64,000 bases of DNA from a virus (taxonomy: Duplodnaviria > Caudoviricetes): IMG/VR virus record IMGVR_UViG_3300029267_004155; one strand, 5' to 3'. The position numbers and the translations under genes are program-made. Below are positions 43,565-55,073 of the stretch, one piece after another (the first letter of the stretch is position 1; every line of letters starts with the position of its first letter). A model generated the notes under the pieces. It was not told where the DNA came from and ran no database searches. It worked only from the letters and a program-made list of their open reading frames with translations.

Positions 43565-44958
43565 GGACGAGATGGTTGGTGGCACTGATGATGATGGTTC
43601 TCGGGGTCGCGGCGACGGCGCAGATGAGGCCCAGGAAGCACGACGCGAAACGTCCGGGAGTCGATCGCCATGGCTTCCTGCCGGTCAGGAGGGATCATTT
43701 CAAGCGCGACGGGAGGCTGATCTTCGTGGAGAACGACAAGGCACGGGAGGTGAGGAAGGAATGGCTGAAGAAGCCCCATGAAGAGAGGGCCCAGATTCTC
43801 ATCGACGCCGGCATGGTGAGGGTGCAGCCTCTCGCTCTCGACGGCATCAAGGGCGCGCAGCGCCTGGGGATGAAACGCCGCCAAGGCCACTTTTATCAGT
43901 TCTTTGAGGTCGAGGGCGTGACCTGGCACGAGGCCAAGGCGAAGTGCGAGGAGATGGGCGGCCACCTCGCCACGATTGACAGCAGGGAGGAGAACAGGGC
44001 CATCAGCGGCACCTTGTCTCAGATGACCAACCGTGCCTGGATCGGCGCCTCCAACACCAAGAGCACGGGCAGGTGGGCATGGGTCAAGAGCAGCGAGATG
44101 TGGCGCTACCGGTATTGGGTCAGCGGCAGGAAGATCGGCAAGAACGACGTCAAGCGCATCCTCAGGGCCAGGGCGGTGAGGAGGAAGCTGCTTGGGAGGG
44201 CGGCGGAGAAGCGCGCCGAGCTTGTCGTCGAGGCCGAGGGGAAGGCGGCGAAATACCTGGCTGGGGCCAAGAAGTCCAATAACGTCACCAGGAACGTCAT
44301 GAAGGCCGTGGTGATGGGCGCCAAGCTGATCGACAAGGCGAACGAGAGGGCAGACCTCATCGAGCTCGACGCCCGCGAGCATGGGGCGCGAGTGCTGATC
44401 GAGGCTCACAAGCTGAAGTACCGGGAGGCTCTGAACCAGAAGCGGGAGGACAAGGTCGCGGCGATGGAGGCCTTGATTGCCACGAGCGACAAGGCCTATC
44501 TGAACAACAGGGTCGGCAACTACATGTACATGATCCGAGGCGGCCGCTGGAACGCCAGGTTCGCGGACGGCGGCTGGCTTGAGAAGGGCGACACGGACGG
44601 CAATTCCATCAACGGCTTCGTGTGCGAGTGGGACGACGAGAAGGACATCAGGTGGGCGCATGGCGAAAGGGTGGGAGAGAAGGCCGGTCCCGAGGTCAGA
44701 GTCTATGTCGAGGGTGCGCGGGGGAGGTCGGCGAGGCGCAAGTTCCGTATCGAGGTCGTGCGGGATAAGACGGCCAACGGTGTTCCGATCAAGAACGCCA
44801 AGGCAACGAGGCGGGCGAGTGGGACGAAGAGAAGGACGTCAGGTGGGCGGCCGGCGAAAGGCCGGCCGAGAGGGTCGCGGTCCACATCGAGGTCGTGCGG
44901 AAGAGGTCGGCGAGGCGCGAGGCCTGGAGGGTCGAGCGGGACAAGAGGGCCCAGGTGA
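43561..44958 (+). CDS. secreted C-type lectin-domain protein
   Basis: Signal-peptide-like N-terminus; GHFY..TWHEAK..CEEMGGHLATIDSREEN, WIG, FVCEWD. Confidence 0.8.
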   Translation: MRTRWLVALMMMVLGVAATAQMRPRKHDAKRPGVDRHGFLPVRRDHFKRDGRLIFVENDKAREVRKEWLKKPHEERAQILIDAGMVRVQPLALDGIKGAQRLGMKRRQGHFYQFFEVEGVTWHEAKAKCEEMGGHLATIDSREENRAISGTLSQMTNRAWIGASNTKSTGRWAWVKSSEMWRYRYWVSGRKIGKNDVKRILRARAVRRKLLGRAAEKRAELVVEAEGKAAKYLAGAKKSNNVTRNVMKAVVMGAKLIDKANERADLIELDAREHGARVLIEAHKLKYREALNQKREDKVAAMEALIATSDKAYLNNRVGNYMYMIRGGRWNARFADGGWLEKGDTDGNSINGFVCEWDDEKDIRWAHGERVGEKAGPEVRVYVEGARGRSARRKFRIEVVRDKTANGVPIKNAKATRRASGTKRRTSGGRPAKGRPRGSRSTSRSCGRGRRGARPGGSSGTRGPR

Positions 44959-45061
44959 GTTCGAGTGCTTTTGCCGAGTGATTCCGGGCGCCCTCTGGAA
45001 ACCGGCCGGTCGGGGCGTATAATGGGGGGAGGTCGAATAACGGCCTCCTCCGATTTGCGTC

Positions 45062-46510
45062 ATGAAGAGAGTAGGCATATCCATACTGACGAACGGTGAG
45101 CGGCTAGACTACCTGAGAAGGTGCGTCGAGTCGCTTCTTGCTCGCACCTCCTATCGTCCGCTCGTCGTCGCGATCTACGACAACGCCTCGACTGACGGGA
45201 CGGCCATCTACATTGACAGGCTGAAGGAGTCCAGGGAGCTCGGTGTGGAGTGGCGCTCCGGGAGGGCGGTCGTCGACCAGGGGGTCAGCGTCGGCATCAA
45301 CAGGGCCATGGCCATGGTGGCCGACTGCGAGTGGGCCATCCACGTCGAGTCCGACTTCGAGCTGATCGACCCGGATGCCTCCGGCCATGGGCGCGACTGG
45401 CTCGAGAAGGCTGTCGAGTGGGCCGAGGGGGCCGGGTGCGACTACCTCTACTTGCGCCGCATCCTGGACGAGCGGGAGGTGATGGCGCACTGGTGGTGGA
45501 GGTGGCCCGGGAGGATCGCTCCGTCGGCCGAGCCTTTCCAGATGCTGCCGGGGTTCTGGTGGAGCAACAACCCGGCGCTCAGGAGGAACCCGGCTCTGGC
45601 GGCCGCGGGGGTCCTTCCGCTGCCGGAGAGGCCGAGGGAGAGCAAGGACCGCCCCTACTGGTCCAAGTCCGAGATGGAGGCCGTTCGTCCGCCGAACGCT
45701 GCGATAATGCCCCATGGGGTGTTCGCCCACGAGTGGAGCGAGCCCAGGCTGCTCGGCTGCGACCGCTTCGAGCGCCACGGGATGAGCACCTGCAAGTACG
45801 GCTTCTTTCAGGACCCAGGGTCCATGTGGTGCAGGGTGTGCGACCCGATGGCGCCGTGGAACTGCCTGGCGGAGCATTACGACGCCTACCAGGCCCTCCT
45901 GAAGGGCGACGTTGACGCGTCGGTCGCGACGGTGTGGGTCCGTGCCGGCGTGCTTCACGACATACTTGCCAGGAGCCTGAGCGGCTGCCGGGTCGAGAGG
46001 CTGCTGACGAGGGGCCGTCCGGAGACGTGCCTGGCGACCGAGTACAACAGGATGCTTGGCGACGCGACGTCGGACGTCGTGGTTTTCTGCGAGCCGGACG
46101 CCGAGTTCTCCCACGACGGCCTCCAGAACGTCGTGGAGGCCGTCCAGAGGCCCGACGTCGGCGCGGCTGGGCTTGTGGGCGCCCGGAGGCCGGATGGCGA
46201 GATATGGTCCCGGGACGCGTCCGTGGAGCAGGACGTCGAGACGCTCGACGCCTGCGTGATGGGGGTTGACCGGACGAAGGGGTTCAAGTTCGACGACGGG
46301 ACGTTCACCGGGCTGCACCTGCACGTGGAGGACTACTGCTGCCAGGTGAGGGCGGCCGGGCTGAGGTGTCTCGTCGTTCCGTCCAGGAGGTTCGAGCACC
46401 ACTCGACGACCTGGAGCGAGCGGGGTCCGGACTGGGGCGACTACGGGAAGTGGAAGAGGACGCTGCTCGACAAGTGGCGGGGCCGGCTCGGGGAGGTGAG
46501 GACGACATGA
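45062..46510 (+). CDS. two-domain glycosyltransferase (GT2-like)
   Basis: IYDNASTDGT, ESD; second GT-A domain with EPD and EDYC; CTGGAA-N17-TATAAT promoter upstream. Confidence 0.85.
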   Translation: MKRVGISILTNGERLDYLRRCVESLLARTSYRPLVVAIYDNASTDGTAIYIDRLKESRELGVEWRSGRAVVDQGVSVGINRAMAMVADCEWAIHVESDFELIDPDASGHGRDWLEKAVEWAEGAGCDYLYLRRILDEREVMAHWWWRWPGRIAPSAEPFQMLPGFWWSNNPALRRNPALAAAGVLPLPERPRESKDRPYWSKSEMEAVRPPNAAIMPHGVFAHEWSEPRLLGCDRFERHGMSTCKYGFFQDPGSMWCRVCDPMAPWNCLAEHYDAYQALLKGDVDASVATVWVRAGVLHDILARSLSGCRVERLLTRGRPETCLATEYNRMLGDATSDVVVFCEPDAEFSHDGLQNVVEAVQRPDVGAAGLVGARRPDGEIWSRDASVEQDVETLDACVMGVDRTKGFKFDDGTFTGLHLHVEDYCCQVRAAGLRCLVVPSRRFEHHSTTWSERGPDWGDYGKWKRTLLDKWRGRLGEVRTT

Positions 46511-48327
46511 GGGTCAAGGCGGTCATCCTGCATCACAACAATCCCCGAGGGGCCGAGATGCTCTGGTGCGGGCTCGATACGGTCTTCGACGACGTGGAGG
46601 TCTATGACAGCGGGTCCGACGACGGCAAGCATCCTCGCTGCCAGAGCACGACGTTGCCTAACATCTACTGGACGGGCGCCTGGAACAAGATCATGGCGGA
46701 GGCGTCCGACTACGACGCCGTCTGGATGCCGGGCGCGGACATCGAGCTTCTTTGCCATGTCGAGGACTACCGGGAGGCCATCGAGGCGTCGTTGCCGTTC
46801 GGGTGTTGGAGCCCTGCCATTCATGGGCGCGCCCATCCCTTCATGCAGAAGGTGAACTATGCGCACGGGATGGCGATGTCGGTGAGGAACGTCGAGGGCA
46901 TGGCCATGGCTTGCTCGGGCGAGCTGATGAGGGAGGTTGGGGAGCTGGTCCCTGGAAGCCCCATGGGTTTCGGACAGGACTTCTGGCTCTGCCACCGGGC
47001 GAGACAGATGGGTCTGAGGAACGTGATCGACGGGAGGGTGGATGTCTATCATCCTCCGGGGACGGGATATGACGAGAAGCTGGCCCATTCTCAGATGGAG
47101 GATGCTTTTGCGGGCCTTTGCGGGCCGGATTTCCGGCGAAGGGTGTTCGAGTACAGCGAGTCATACGAGGGGAACCTCGTAGAGGAGATCAGCAAGGAGG
47201 ACGGGAGCATGTTCAAGATCGTCACCATCGACAACGGGTGGGGCGTGCCGGAGTTCTGTCGGATCGTCAGGCAGATCGAGGGTGCCACGAGCAAGGTGGT
47301 CATGAGGATCGGCATCAGCCGGCTGGAGGTGGAGCCGGGGGTGGAGATTGTCGACTTCGACGACACGCTGGCGGCGGTGCTGGATGCCGACGCGGCCCTC
47401 TTCACGAGGGTCGGGGCTGCCAACCGGGACTATTTCAAGAGGGTTCTGGATGCCGGCGTGCCGTGCGTGGTCAACTCGGCCTTTCACCAGGGCGCCATCA
47501 GGCATGAGGAGAACGGCTTCATCTACGGCGTCGACAACTGGGCCGTTCATTGGCTCAGCGCCCTGGAGGGTTCCAATGAGCTGAGGCGCAAGGTGTCGAA
47601 CGCGGCCAAGGGAGTGGGTGGCGCGGCCGAGGTCCCGATCGAGATGAAGGCCGAGCTGCCGAAGGCCCCGATTCGGGCGTCGGTCCCGGCTCCGGCCCGG
47701 GGTCCGTCCAGGCGGCCGGGGGCTCCGACTGTCACGGTCGTGACCCCGACCTGGAAGCGGCATCCGGACGTCGTGAGGCGCAGCATCGACTGCCTGACGC
47801 TCCAGACGTTCAAGGACTGGCGCCAGCTCGTCTGCTCGGACGGCCCGGAGGAGCCGGTGGTGCGGGAGCTCGTGGAGGCGATGGGCGATCCCAGGGTGGA
47901 GTACCACTGCACCGGGGAGAGGACGGCCCCGGGCGACTTCGGGAACAGCGTCAGGAAGTCGATGCTCGAAAGGGCCACCGGGGACTACGTCCTGTTCTAC
48001 GACGACGACAACGTGATTCTGCCGCGGTACCTGGAGGTCATGATCGACGCCGTGCGCGGGTCGGGCCGGGAATTCGCCGTCTGCAAGATCATGCACTTCG
48101 GGCCGCTCAACGAGGCGATACTGGGAAGGCCGCCGGTCGTCCTGGACGGCGATCCGGTGAAGCTCTACCATGTCGACCCGCTCCAGGTGCTCGTGAAGAG
48201 GGAGGCCATGCAGGCCATCGGGTGGGACGTCCGGCACGGGTACGTGGCAGACGGCCACACGCTGGAGGCCCTAGGCGCAAGGTTCGAGCATGTCCGTGTC
48301 GACGAGGTGCTCGGGGTTCACATGTGA
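46507..48327 (+). CDS. multi-domain glycosyltransferase (C-terminal GT2)
   Basis: DSGS N-terminal domain; TVVTPTWKR, SDG, YDDDN. Confidence 0.85.
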   Translation: MRVKAVILHHNNPRGAEMLWCGLDTVFDDVEVYDSGSDDGKHPRCQSTTLPNIYWTGAWNKIMAEASDYDAVWMPGADIELLCHVEDYREAIEASLPFGCWSPAIHGRAHPFMQKVNYAHGMAMSVRNVEGMAMACSGELMREVGELVPGSPMGFGQDFWLCHRARQMGLRNVIDGRVDVYHPPGTGYDEKLAHSQMEDAFAGLCGPDFRRRVFEYSESYEGNLVEEISKEDGSMFKIVTIDNGWGVPEFCRIVRQIEGATSKVVMRIGISRLEVEPGVEIVDFDDTLAAVLDADAALFTRVGAANRDYFKRVLDAGVPCVVNSAFHQGAIRHEENGFIYGVDNWAVHWLSALEGSNELRRKVSNAAKGVGGAAEVPIEMKAELPKAPIRASVPAPARGPSRRPGAPTVTVVTPTWKRHPDVVRRSIDCLTLQTFKDWRQLVCSDGPEEPVVRELVEAMGDPRVEYHCTGERTAPGDFGNSVRKSMLERATGDYVLFYDDDNVILPRYLEVMIDAVRGSGREFAVCKIMHFGPLNEAILGRPPVVLDGDPVKLYHVDPLQVLVKREAMQAIGWDVRHGYVADGHTLEALGARFEHVRVDEVLGVHM

Positions 48328-48755
48328 TGGCTGTCTACGTCGATCAGCTCCGGGACGCCATGTGGAGGTACGGCAGGGCGTGCCACTTGTACGCCGATAC
48401 GCTGGAGGAGCTTCATGTCTTCGCCGACCGGATCGGCATGAAGAGGACATGGTTCCAGGACAGGCCGGGCTTTCCTCACTACGATTTGACGGAGGGGCGT
48501 CGCCGGGCGGCGGTCCTCTGGGGCGTGACGGAGCACGGCATGTGCCAGATGGTTGAGTTCGCAAGGAAACGAAGGGAGAAGGGAAACGATGAAACGGACA
48601 TTGAAGCTGGGGACGTATCCCGACACGAGCGGGAAGGTCAGATGGCGCGTGGTGGCCGGCAACGGCAAGGTGCTGGCGAAGTCTCCGGGGGGCTATCCCG
48701 AGGGCGACGCCCGGCTGGCCAGCGACATCGGGTTCATTACGGGTTCCGAGCATGA
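48327..48755 (+). CDS. DUF4031-family protein
   Basis: MAVYVD...CHLYAD..EELH.FA..IG.KR.WFQ...HYDL; 3' extension overlaps next gene. Confidence 0.8.
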   Translation: MAVYVDQLRDAMWRYGRACHLYADTLEELHVFADRIGMKRTWFQDRPGFPHYDLTEGRRRAAVLWGVTEHGMCQMVEFARKRREKGNDETDIEAGDVSRHEREGQMARGGRQRQGAGEVSGGLSRGRRPAGQRHRVHYGFRA

Positions 48756-48906
48756 CGCCGAGCTTTACAGGGACAGGCGCGGGGAATGGCGCTGGCGTCT
48801 CAGGCGCGACGGCAAGAGGATCGTGGCCGTCAGCTCCGAGGGCTACGTGAACCGCGGAGACTGCGAGAGGGCGTCCGACCTCTTCCTCGACGCGACGCCG
48901 GCCTGA
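48589..48906 (+). CDS. YegP/DUF1508-like tandem-domain protein
   Basis: Two repeats of Y.D..G..RWR...NG..LA.S.GY. Confidence 0.8.
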   Translation: MKRTLKLGTYPDTSGKVRWRVVAGNGKVLAKSPGGYPEGDARLASDIGFITGSEHDAELYRDRRGEWRWRLRRDGKRIVAVSSEGYVNRGDCERASDLFLDATPA

Positions 48907-49499
48907 TGCGTATCATGAAGAAGCTGCTGATTGTCGGGTGCGGGAGGTCTGGGACTCGCTACGCCTCCAAGGTCCTGGGGCTGGCCGGCCTGGATGTCGG
49001 GCACGAGAAGGATGGGAGACATGGGCGCGTTGACTGGAGATGCGTTCATGACCCCTCGGCGCGTGGCCGTTATGACGTCGTTCTTCACCAGGTCCGTCAT
49101 CCGCTCCGGGTCATTGAGTCGTTCCATACCGCGGGCAAGGTTTCGTGGCGTCTGGTCTCGAAGGCCGATCCGGCCATCGTGGGAGGTCCGCTCCTGCGAG
49201 ATTGCGCGCGGTACTGGGTCCGCTGGAACCTGGCTGCCGAGGAGATGGCTTCCATGACGTACCGGGTCGAGGACATGGGGTTCGTTCTCCCGTCGATCTT
49301 CGAGTCCTGCGGGATCGACCTGCGAGCCGACTGGCGAAGCTCTCTTGCCGTCGGGACGGCCGACCACACCAGGAGGGGGTCTCGCAGGCACGGGAGGAAG
49401 ATTCCGTCCCTCACCATGGCCGTCTTGCGAGAGAGCTTCCCGAGCGAGGCGCAGGAGGTTTCCGAGCTTGCTTCTCGCTACGGCTACGACCTTTCATAA
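48906..49499 (+). CDS. sulfotransferase-like P-loop protein
   Basis: IVGCGRSGT, GHE, VRHP...S. Confidence 0.75.
   Translation: MRIMKKLLIVGCGRSGTRYASKVLGLAGLDVGHEKDGRHGRVDWRCVHDPSARGRYDVVLHQVRHPLRVIESFHTAGKVSWRLVSKADPAIVGGPLLRDCARYWVRWNLAAEEMASMTYRVEDMGFVLPSIFESCGIDLRADWRSSLAVGTADHTRRGSRRHGRKIPSLTMAVLRESFPSEAQEVSELASRYGYDLS
49159..49185. repeat. 27-bp direct repeat, copy 1 (copy 2 at 55074-55100)
   Basis: CGAAGGCCGATCCGGCCATCGTGGGAG identical at both sites. Confidence 0.85.
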
Positions 49500-49562
49500 T
49501 CTCTTTATATCTTGTCTTCATGTGAAGTCCCTTTACGTCAAGGAACACCGAGGGGTCCGCGC

Positions 49563-52500
49563 ATGAAGGCTTATGTTGCCCTGAAACGACAGTTTGCTTC
49601 GCCCTTGAGGCGGTATATTCCGGTCGGCGCCCATGTCTGCCGTTGGGAGAACCTGGCCAAGATTGTCGTGAACGACGCTCCCGAGTCGGAGGACTTGCTC
49701 GTCGTCCTCGTGAACGGGGAGGAGATAGACAATCCGGAGCAGGTGACCTGGTTCTGGGGTGTCGAGCCGGTGGCGCCCGCCACCGAGAACGAGTGGTTCC
49801 GCCTTATCGGGGAGCTGCCGGAGGACCGTTGTGGCAACGTCGGGATCGGAACCCAGGGCATGCAGGGATACATGGGAGGCCAGGGGCCGCTGGGAAGCGG
49901 TGGCATTACGGGTCCCCAGGGCAACGAGGGCGTTCAGGGACCTCCGGGTGGTCCGCAGGGATGGCAGGGTCCGGTGGGCCATCAGGGAGCTCAGGGCGTT
50001 CAGGGAGCACAGGGGGCGGATGGGGCCCAGGGGGACGTCGGGCCCCAGGGCCATCAGGGAACGGGCGTTCAGGGCTCTCGGGGTCCGTCCGGTTGGCAGG
50101 GCTGGCAGGGAGCGGGAGTTCAGGGCGCTCAGGGAGTGGAAGGCGTCCAGGGCGTTCAGGGAACGGGTCCACAGGGTGCCTTGGGAGCACAGGGCCCGCT
50201 TGGCCCTCGGGGGCTGGTCGGCGCTCAGGGTGCGCAGGGATTGGCGGGGCCGCAGGGTCTTCGGGGATTCCAGGGCTGGCGGGGCTGGCAGGGAGTTAGA
50301 GGTTTTCAGGGCTTTCGGGGCAACCAGGGCAACCAGGGTCTCCGTGGTTTCCAGGGCAGCCAGGGCAATCAGGGATGGCAGGGCGATGATGGCACGCAGG
50401 GCTTCCAGGGCTGGCAGGGGGAGGTGGGCCCGCTTGGAGGTTTCGGTCCGCAGGGCGTTCAGGGCTGGCAGGGCGACGACGGCACGCAGGGTCCGGGTGG
50501 TCAAGGAACGCAGGGCTCTCAGGGTGGCGAAGGTCCGCAGGGCAACCAGGGTTCGGGTGGTCAGGGGGCACAGGGTCCGCAGGGTTTCGACGGCGCAGGT
50601 TTCCAGGGCGTTCAGGGGGACGCGGGCGTTCAGGGGGCTCAGGGCGAGGATGGTTCTCAGGGGTCGGTTGGTTTTCAGGGGCCGGTTGGTTCCGGGACGC
50701 AGGGCGTTCAGGGAGTTCAGGGGTCGGATGGCGGCGCTGGGGCTCAGGGTGCTGCTGGAAGCGACGGGCCACAGGGTTCGCAGGGTCTTGTCGGTTTCCA
50801 GGGTTCCCTCGGCCAGCAGGGGGTTCAGGGGTCGGATGGGGGAGTTGGAGCTCAGGGCTCGCAGGGAGACGTGGGTGGTCAGGGTGTTCAGGGTTCCCAG
50901 GGCTCTGTCGGTTCCCAGGGCGCAGTTGGTTACCAGGGGTCTGTCGGCTCTCAGGGCGTAGTTGGTTCTCAGGGGTTGGTCGGTTTCCAGGGCGCAGTTG
51001 GTTTCCAGGGCGCAGTTGGTTTCCAGGGCCCGCAGGGGGCTGATGGTCAGGATGGAGCTCAGGGATCGGTTGGCTTTCAGGGAGTTGCCGGGCTCGGCGC
51101 CCAAGGTTCCCAAGGTGTCCAGGGAGACGTGGGCGGCCAGGGTGTCCAGGGCGCGGCTGGCCAGGATGGCACTCAGGGACCGCAGGGGGCCGCAGGAGAC
51201 GCAGGGGCGACCGGGGCTGGGTTCCAGGGTCCGCAGGGTTCCGAGGGCCAGGATGGCGTCCAGGGGGTGCCTGGGACGCAGGGCGCCGTCGGTGCGGGCG
51301 TTCAGGGCCTCCAGGGCGACGAGGGTCCGCAGGGGCCTGGCGGCGCCGGTGCCCAGGGTCCGCAGGGGTTGCAGGGGTTGGGCGCGGCTGGCGCTCAGGG
51401 TCCGCAGGGCTTCCAGGGCAACCAGGGCTTCCAGGGCAACCAGGGAGTCCGTGGTTTTCAGGGCTTTCAGGGAGCCCAAGGATTCCAGGGTTTTCAGGGT
51501 AATCAGGGTTTCCAGGGCAACCAGGGAGTCCGTGGTTTTCAGGGCTTCCAGGGAGCCCAAGGCTTCCAGGGTTTCCAGGGTAATCAGGGTTTCCAGGGCA
51601 ACCAGGGAGTCCGTGGTTGGCAGGGTTTTCAGGGTCCTCGGGGCGTCCAGGGCTGGCAGGGAGTTCAGGGTCCGCAGGGCCTTCGGGGCTTCCAGGGCTT
51701 TCAGGGCCTTCGGGGCTTCCAGGGCTGGCAGGGTCCTCAGGGTTCCCAGGGCAACCAAGGTGCCATTGGCATTACGGGGGTGACAAGATTCTACGGTCTT
51801 CCTGAGACTGTGTTGCTGCTCCATATGGATGGGATAGACGAATCAACAGACTTCCCTGACTCTGCCCTCGGGGGGAATGCGCCTCACACGGTGACCGCAG
51901 TGGGGGATGCCCAGGTAGATACCGCCTTGAAGGAGTATGGGTCGGGATCGGCACTGTTTGATGGCAATGACTATTTGTCCGTGCCGGATAGTGACGACTG
52001 GGACTTTGGCACAGGCGACCTGACGATGGAGGCTTGGGTCTACCTGGAGGATGACATTGCCAATAACAATGAACAGCCTGTTCTGGGCATATACGTAGAC
52101 AGCAGCAACTATTGGGGCCTTTGGCACGATGGCACCACCAATGGGTGGATCTTCAAGATAAAAGTGGAGGGTGCGTACCTACTGAATGAGCTCCTCAAGC
52201 AGGGAGGGTCAACCATAACCAAGCAAACCTGGACCCACGTAGCTGTTGTTCGAGATGGCAATGATTGGTATATCTATGAAGATGGCACCCAGGTTGCCTC
52301 CACCACTGGCGACATAACTTTTCCAGATTTCTCCACGACCGACCTGTACATAGGAAGGTTTGATCGGAATAACAACACCCATATCAAGGGCAACATCGAT
52401 GAGCTGAGAGTCACGAAGGGTGTTGCTGAGTACACCGGAGCTTTTACACCTGTCGGGCCATTCTCTCCATACCTCCAGGGCACGCAGGGTTTTCAGGGCT

Positions 52501-53669
52501 TCCAGGGCAGCCAGGGCTTCCAGGGTTGGCAGGGAGCCCAAGGCTTCCAGGGTTGGCAGGGTCCTCAGGGCTTTCGTGGCTTCCAGGGTGTTCAGGGCAA
52601 CCAGGGCGTCCAGGGTCCTCAGGGCTTCCGTGGCTTCCAGGGTGTTCAGGGAAACCAGGGCAACCAGGGCTGGCAGGGTCCGCAAGGCCTCCGTGGCTTC
52701 CAGGGTGTCCAGGGAAACCAGGGCTGGCAGGGCTTCCAGGGTTCGCAAGGCCTCCGTGGTTTCCAGGGCGTTCAGGGTAATCAGGGTTGGCAGGGGAATC
52801 AGGGCAACCAGGGTGTCCGAGGCTTCCAGGGTCCTCAAGGCTGGCAGGGCTTCCAGGGCTTTCAGGGCGTCCAGGGTCCGCAAGGCCTCCGAGGTTTCCA
52901 GGGAGTTCAGGGCAACCAGGGCAACCAGGGTGTTCAGGGTCCGCAAGGCCTCCGTGGCTTCCAGGGAGTTCAGGGCTTCCAGGGTGTCCAGGGCTGGCAG
53001 GGTCTTCAGGGTCCGCAAGGTCTTCGAGGTTTCCAGGGTGTCCAGGGCAACCAGGGCTTTCAGGGTCTTCAGGGTCCGCAAGGTCTTCGAGGTTTCCAGG
53101 GTGTCCAGGGAGTCCGTGGCTTCCAGGGCTGGCAGGGCGTCCAGGGTCCGCAAGGCCTCCGTGGTCTTCAGGGATTCCAGGGCAACCAGGGATTCCAGGG
53201 TTTCCAGGGTTTCCAGGGCAACCAGGGCTGGCAGGGCTGGCAGGGCACGAATCCGGGTGTCCAGGGCCCTCAGGGTTTCCAGGGCGTAGTGACATGGTCT
53301 TGGGGCATGGCGCTGTACCAGTCGGATACTGCTTGTGCCGTTGCTGATGGCAAGATAGGATTTGTTGTCCCGGCAAGCATGAACGGGATGGATTTGTCGG
53401 CTCTTGTCGCGAGCTGCACGGGCGCGGTGGGGACAACTGGGACCATGGATGTGCAGGTGCGTCGGCTACGTGCCGGCGCGGAAGTCAATATGTTGAGTGT
53501 GGCCTTGACCATCGATAGTGGAGAGTGGACGAATTTGACCGCTGAAACTGGATATACCATCGATACTGACAATGACGACCTTGCAACTGGAGACGTGATC
53601 TTCTTCGACGTCGATGGTGTGCATACTACTCCGGCTGAGGGTTTGACCATTACTGCGACCGCAGCGTAA
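49563..53669 (+). CDS. collagen-like (Gly-X-Gln) fibre protein with internal LamG/ConA-like domain
   Basis: Two very long G-X-Q tracts; [33 protein letters not shown]. Confidence 0.9.
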   Translation: MKAYVALKRQFASPLRRYIPVGAHVCRWENLAKIVVNDAPESEDLLVVLVNGEEIDNPEQVTWFWGVEPVAPATENEWFRLIGELPEDRCGNVGIGTQGMQGYMGGQGPLGSGGITGPQGNEGVQGPPGGPQGWQGPVGHQGAQGVQGAQGADGAQGDVGPQGHQGTGVQGSRGPSGWQGWQGAGVQGAQGVEGVQGVQGTGPQGALGAQGPLGPRGLVGAQGAQGLAGPQGLRGFQGWRGWQGVRGFQGFRGNQGNQGLRGFQGSQGNQGWQGDDGTQGFQGWQGEVGPLGGFGPQGVQGWQGDDGTQGPGGQGTQGSQGGEGPQGNQGSGGQGAQGPQGFDGAGFQGVQGDAGVQGAQGEDGSQGSVGFQGPVGSGTQGVQGVQGSDGGAGAQGAAGSDGPQGSQGLVGFQGSLGQQGVQGSDGGVGAQGSQGDVGGQGVQGSQGSVGSQGAVGYQGSVGSQGVVGSQGLVGFQGAVGFQGAVGFQGPQGADGQDGAQGSVGFQGVAGLGAQGSQGVQGDVGGQGVQGAAGQDGTQGPQGAAGDAGATGAGFQGPQGSEGQDGVQGVPGTQGAVGAGVQGLQGDEGPQGPGGAGAQGPQGLQGLGAAGAQGPQGFQGNQGFQGNQGVRGFQGFQGAQGFQGFQGNQGFQGNQGVRGFQGFQGAQGFQGFQGNQGFQGNQGVRGWQGFQGPRGVQGWQGVQGPQGLRGFQGFQGLRGFQGWQGPQGSQGNQGAIGITGVTRFYGLPETVLLLHMDGIDESTDFPDSALGGNAPHTVTAVGDAQVDTALKEYGSGSALFDGNDYLSVPDSDDWDFGTGDLTMEAWVYLEDDIANNNEQPVLGIYVDSSNYWGLWHDGTTNGWIFKIKVEGAYLLNELLKQGGSTITKQTWTHVAVVRDGNDWYIYEDGTQVASTTGDITFPDFSTTDLYIGRFDRNNNTHIKGNIDELRVTKGVAEYTGAFTPVGPFSPYLQGTQGFQGFQGSQGFQGWQGAQGFQGWQGPQGFRGFQGVQGNQGVQGPQGFRGFQGVQGNQGNQGWQGPQGLRGFQGVQGNQGWQGFQGSQGLRGFQGVQGNQGWQGNQGNQGVRGFQGPQGWQGFQGFQGVQGPQGLRGFQGVQGNQGNQGVQGPQGLRGFQGVQGFQGVQGWQGLQGPQGLRGFQGVQGNQGFQGLQGPQGLRGFQGVQGVRGFQGWQGVQGPQGLRGLQGFQGNQGFQGFQGFQGNQGWQGWQGTNPGVQGPQGFQGVVTWSWGMALYQSDTACAVADGKIGFVVPASMNGMDLSALVASCTGAVGTTGTMDVQVRRLRAGAEVNMLSVALTIDSGEWTNLTAETGYTIDTDNDDLATGDVIFFDVDGVHTTPAEGLTITATAA

Positions 53670-53727
53670 GGGCCGGGGGAGTTCGGGATGCGGTTGGCGT
53701 AATTAGACCAACTTTGATTTGGGTGTT

Positions 53728-55044
53728 ATGATGATAGAGCCACTAACCAGATTGAGCCATCGGGACGGCCAGCATGTTATATGCCGGTCGGGAGGGAATT
53801 TCAAGTTTTACCAGGATTCCACCGGCGCGTTCCATGACGTGGATATCGGGCATGTCGCAGAAGAGTCGCTTCTAAGCCTGCGCGCTGTGGACATGCGTCG
53901 CCGGAATGTCGTGTCGGTGGGGCTGGATGGTGAGTTTTCCGCGGAGAAGTTCGTGGGGTTTCGGCCTGACAACTGTCAGGACGGGACTGTGCAGCTCGAG
54001 CTGGATGCGACAAGGTTCGAGCTGGATGGGCATCAACAACCTTTGGTGTTGGGGAAAAGCGTCAAGATCGACGACGTGACGCGACGGATGGGCAATTTGT
54101 ATGTTCAAAGCACGAGGCAGCGAACGAGGCTTCTGGTTCCGATAGCGAAATCGTGCAGCGAGTTCGTCATCCAGTTCCGAGTGCGGCGCACCGGATGGGA
54201 CATGGTGCGTAAATTGGGGGAGTTTTGGATGATGCGGCAGGATGGAGGGGGTCTGTTGGGACGGTTTGTCCAGCCGCATCTGTTTCCCGCGGGAGACCTC
54301 CATTCGCCGCTCTATAGCGCAGGGTCTCCGTACGTTGAGCATGTGGCCGTTGAGGAGAGCGATGACACGTGGATTTACGAGAAGAGGTCAACCGAGGCGT
54401 TCGCCAAGGCGGTGACGGATGGCGCGCTCAAATTCCCGCTGTGGGTGGACGGGGACATCTACTACTCGTCGACCAATGACGGTCGGATATTTAAGACCGG
54501 CGCGGTCGGCGGAAATTGGGCAGACGCGTGGTCGGCAACAAGCGGGACTTTGCGACCGAGTGACACCAGAACGAACGGGGGTCTCTCTGGCTATTACTAT
54601 TCGCCTACGGATCAATTCGGCGTCCAGCGGACCGTATGGTTCCCGGACACGACCGCCGTCGTGAGCCCGGTGAGCGCAACGCACCATGTGCATGGGTATG
54701 GCGACAACGAGCTCAGTTATTGCGTGTTATGTGCGTTCACGGGATCAAACCCGTTTATCGCAAACGACTTCAACAACTGGGGATCAGCCAGTTATGGACT
54801 CACGACGGCAGTGTGGGACAAAGACGGCTGGAACGTGTTCGTGATGAATCAGGATGGGTTGGCGTACATAAACAGAGATGGCACGACTCAGTTGGGCGCC
54901 CGCGAGTACGAGCACGATTTTCTCAATGTTGAGCCGGATGGATTGAGCACCCACGGGCAGTATTTCACTGAATGGACAGGTACTGACCATGATCCGTATC
55001 TCGACGTCGTCGAGTACGTCCCGCAGATTTTCGTTGTCTGTTGA
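53728..55044 (+). CDS. hypothetical protein, possibly virion-associated/beta-rich
   Basis: Long ORF, lower GC, follows the fibre gene. Confidence 0.7.
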   Translation: MMIEPLTRLSHRDGQHVICRSGGNFKFYQDSTGAFHDVDIGHVAEESLLSLRAVDMRRRNVVSVGLDGEFSAEKFVGFRPDNCQDGTVQLELDATRFELDGHQQPLVLGKSVKIDDVTRRMGNLYVQSTRQRTRLLVPIAKSCSEFVIQFRVRRTGWDMVRKLGEFWMMRQDGGGLLGRFVQPHLFPAGDLHSPLYSAGSPYVEHVAVEESDDTWIYEKRSTEAFAKAVTDGALKFPLWVDGDIYYSSTNDGRIFKTGAVGGNWADAWSATSGTLRPSDTRTNGGLSGYYYSPTDQFGVQRTVWFPDTTAVVSPVSATHHVHGYGDNELSYCVLCAFTGSNPFIANDFNNWGSASYGLTTAVWDKDGWNVFVMNQDGLAYINRDGTTQLGAREYEHDFLNVEPDGLSTHGQYFTEWTGTDHDPYLDVVEYVPQIFVVC

Positions 55045-55073
55045 GGACAAGGGGTCAAAAAGATCTGATGCCG

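Noticed and set aside
49900-53285. Long alternative-frame and antisense ORFs over the collagen gene
   Set aside because: By-products of the 9-nt periodic repeat; low-complexity translations
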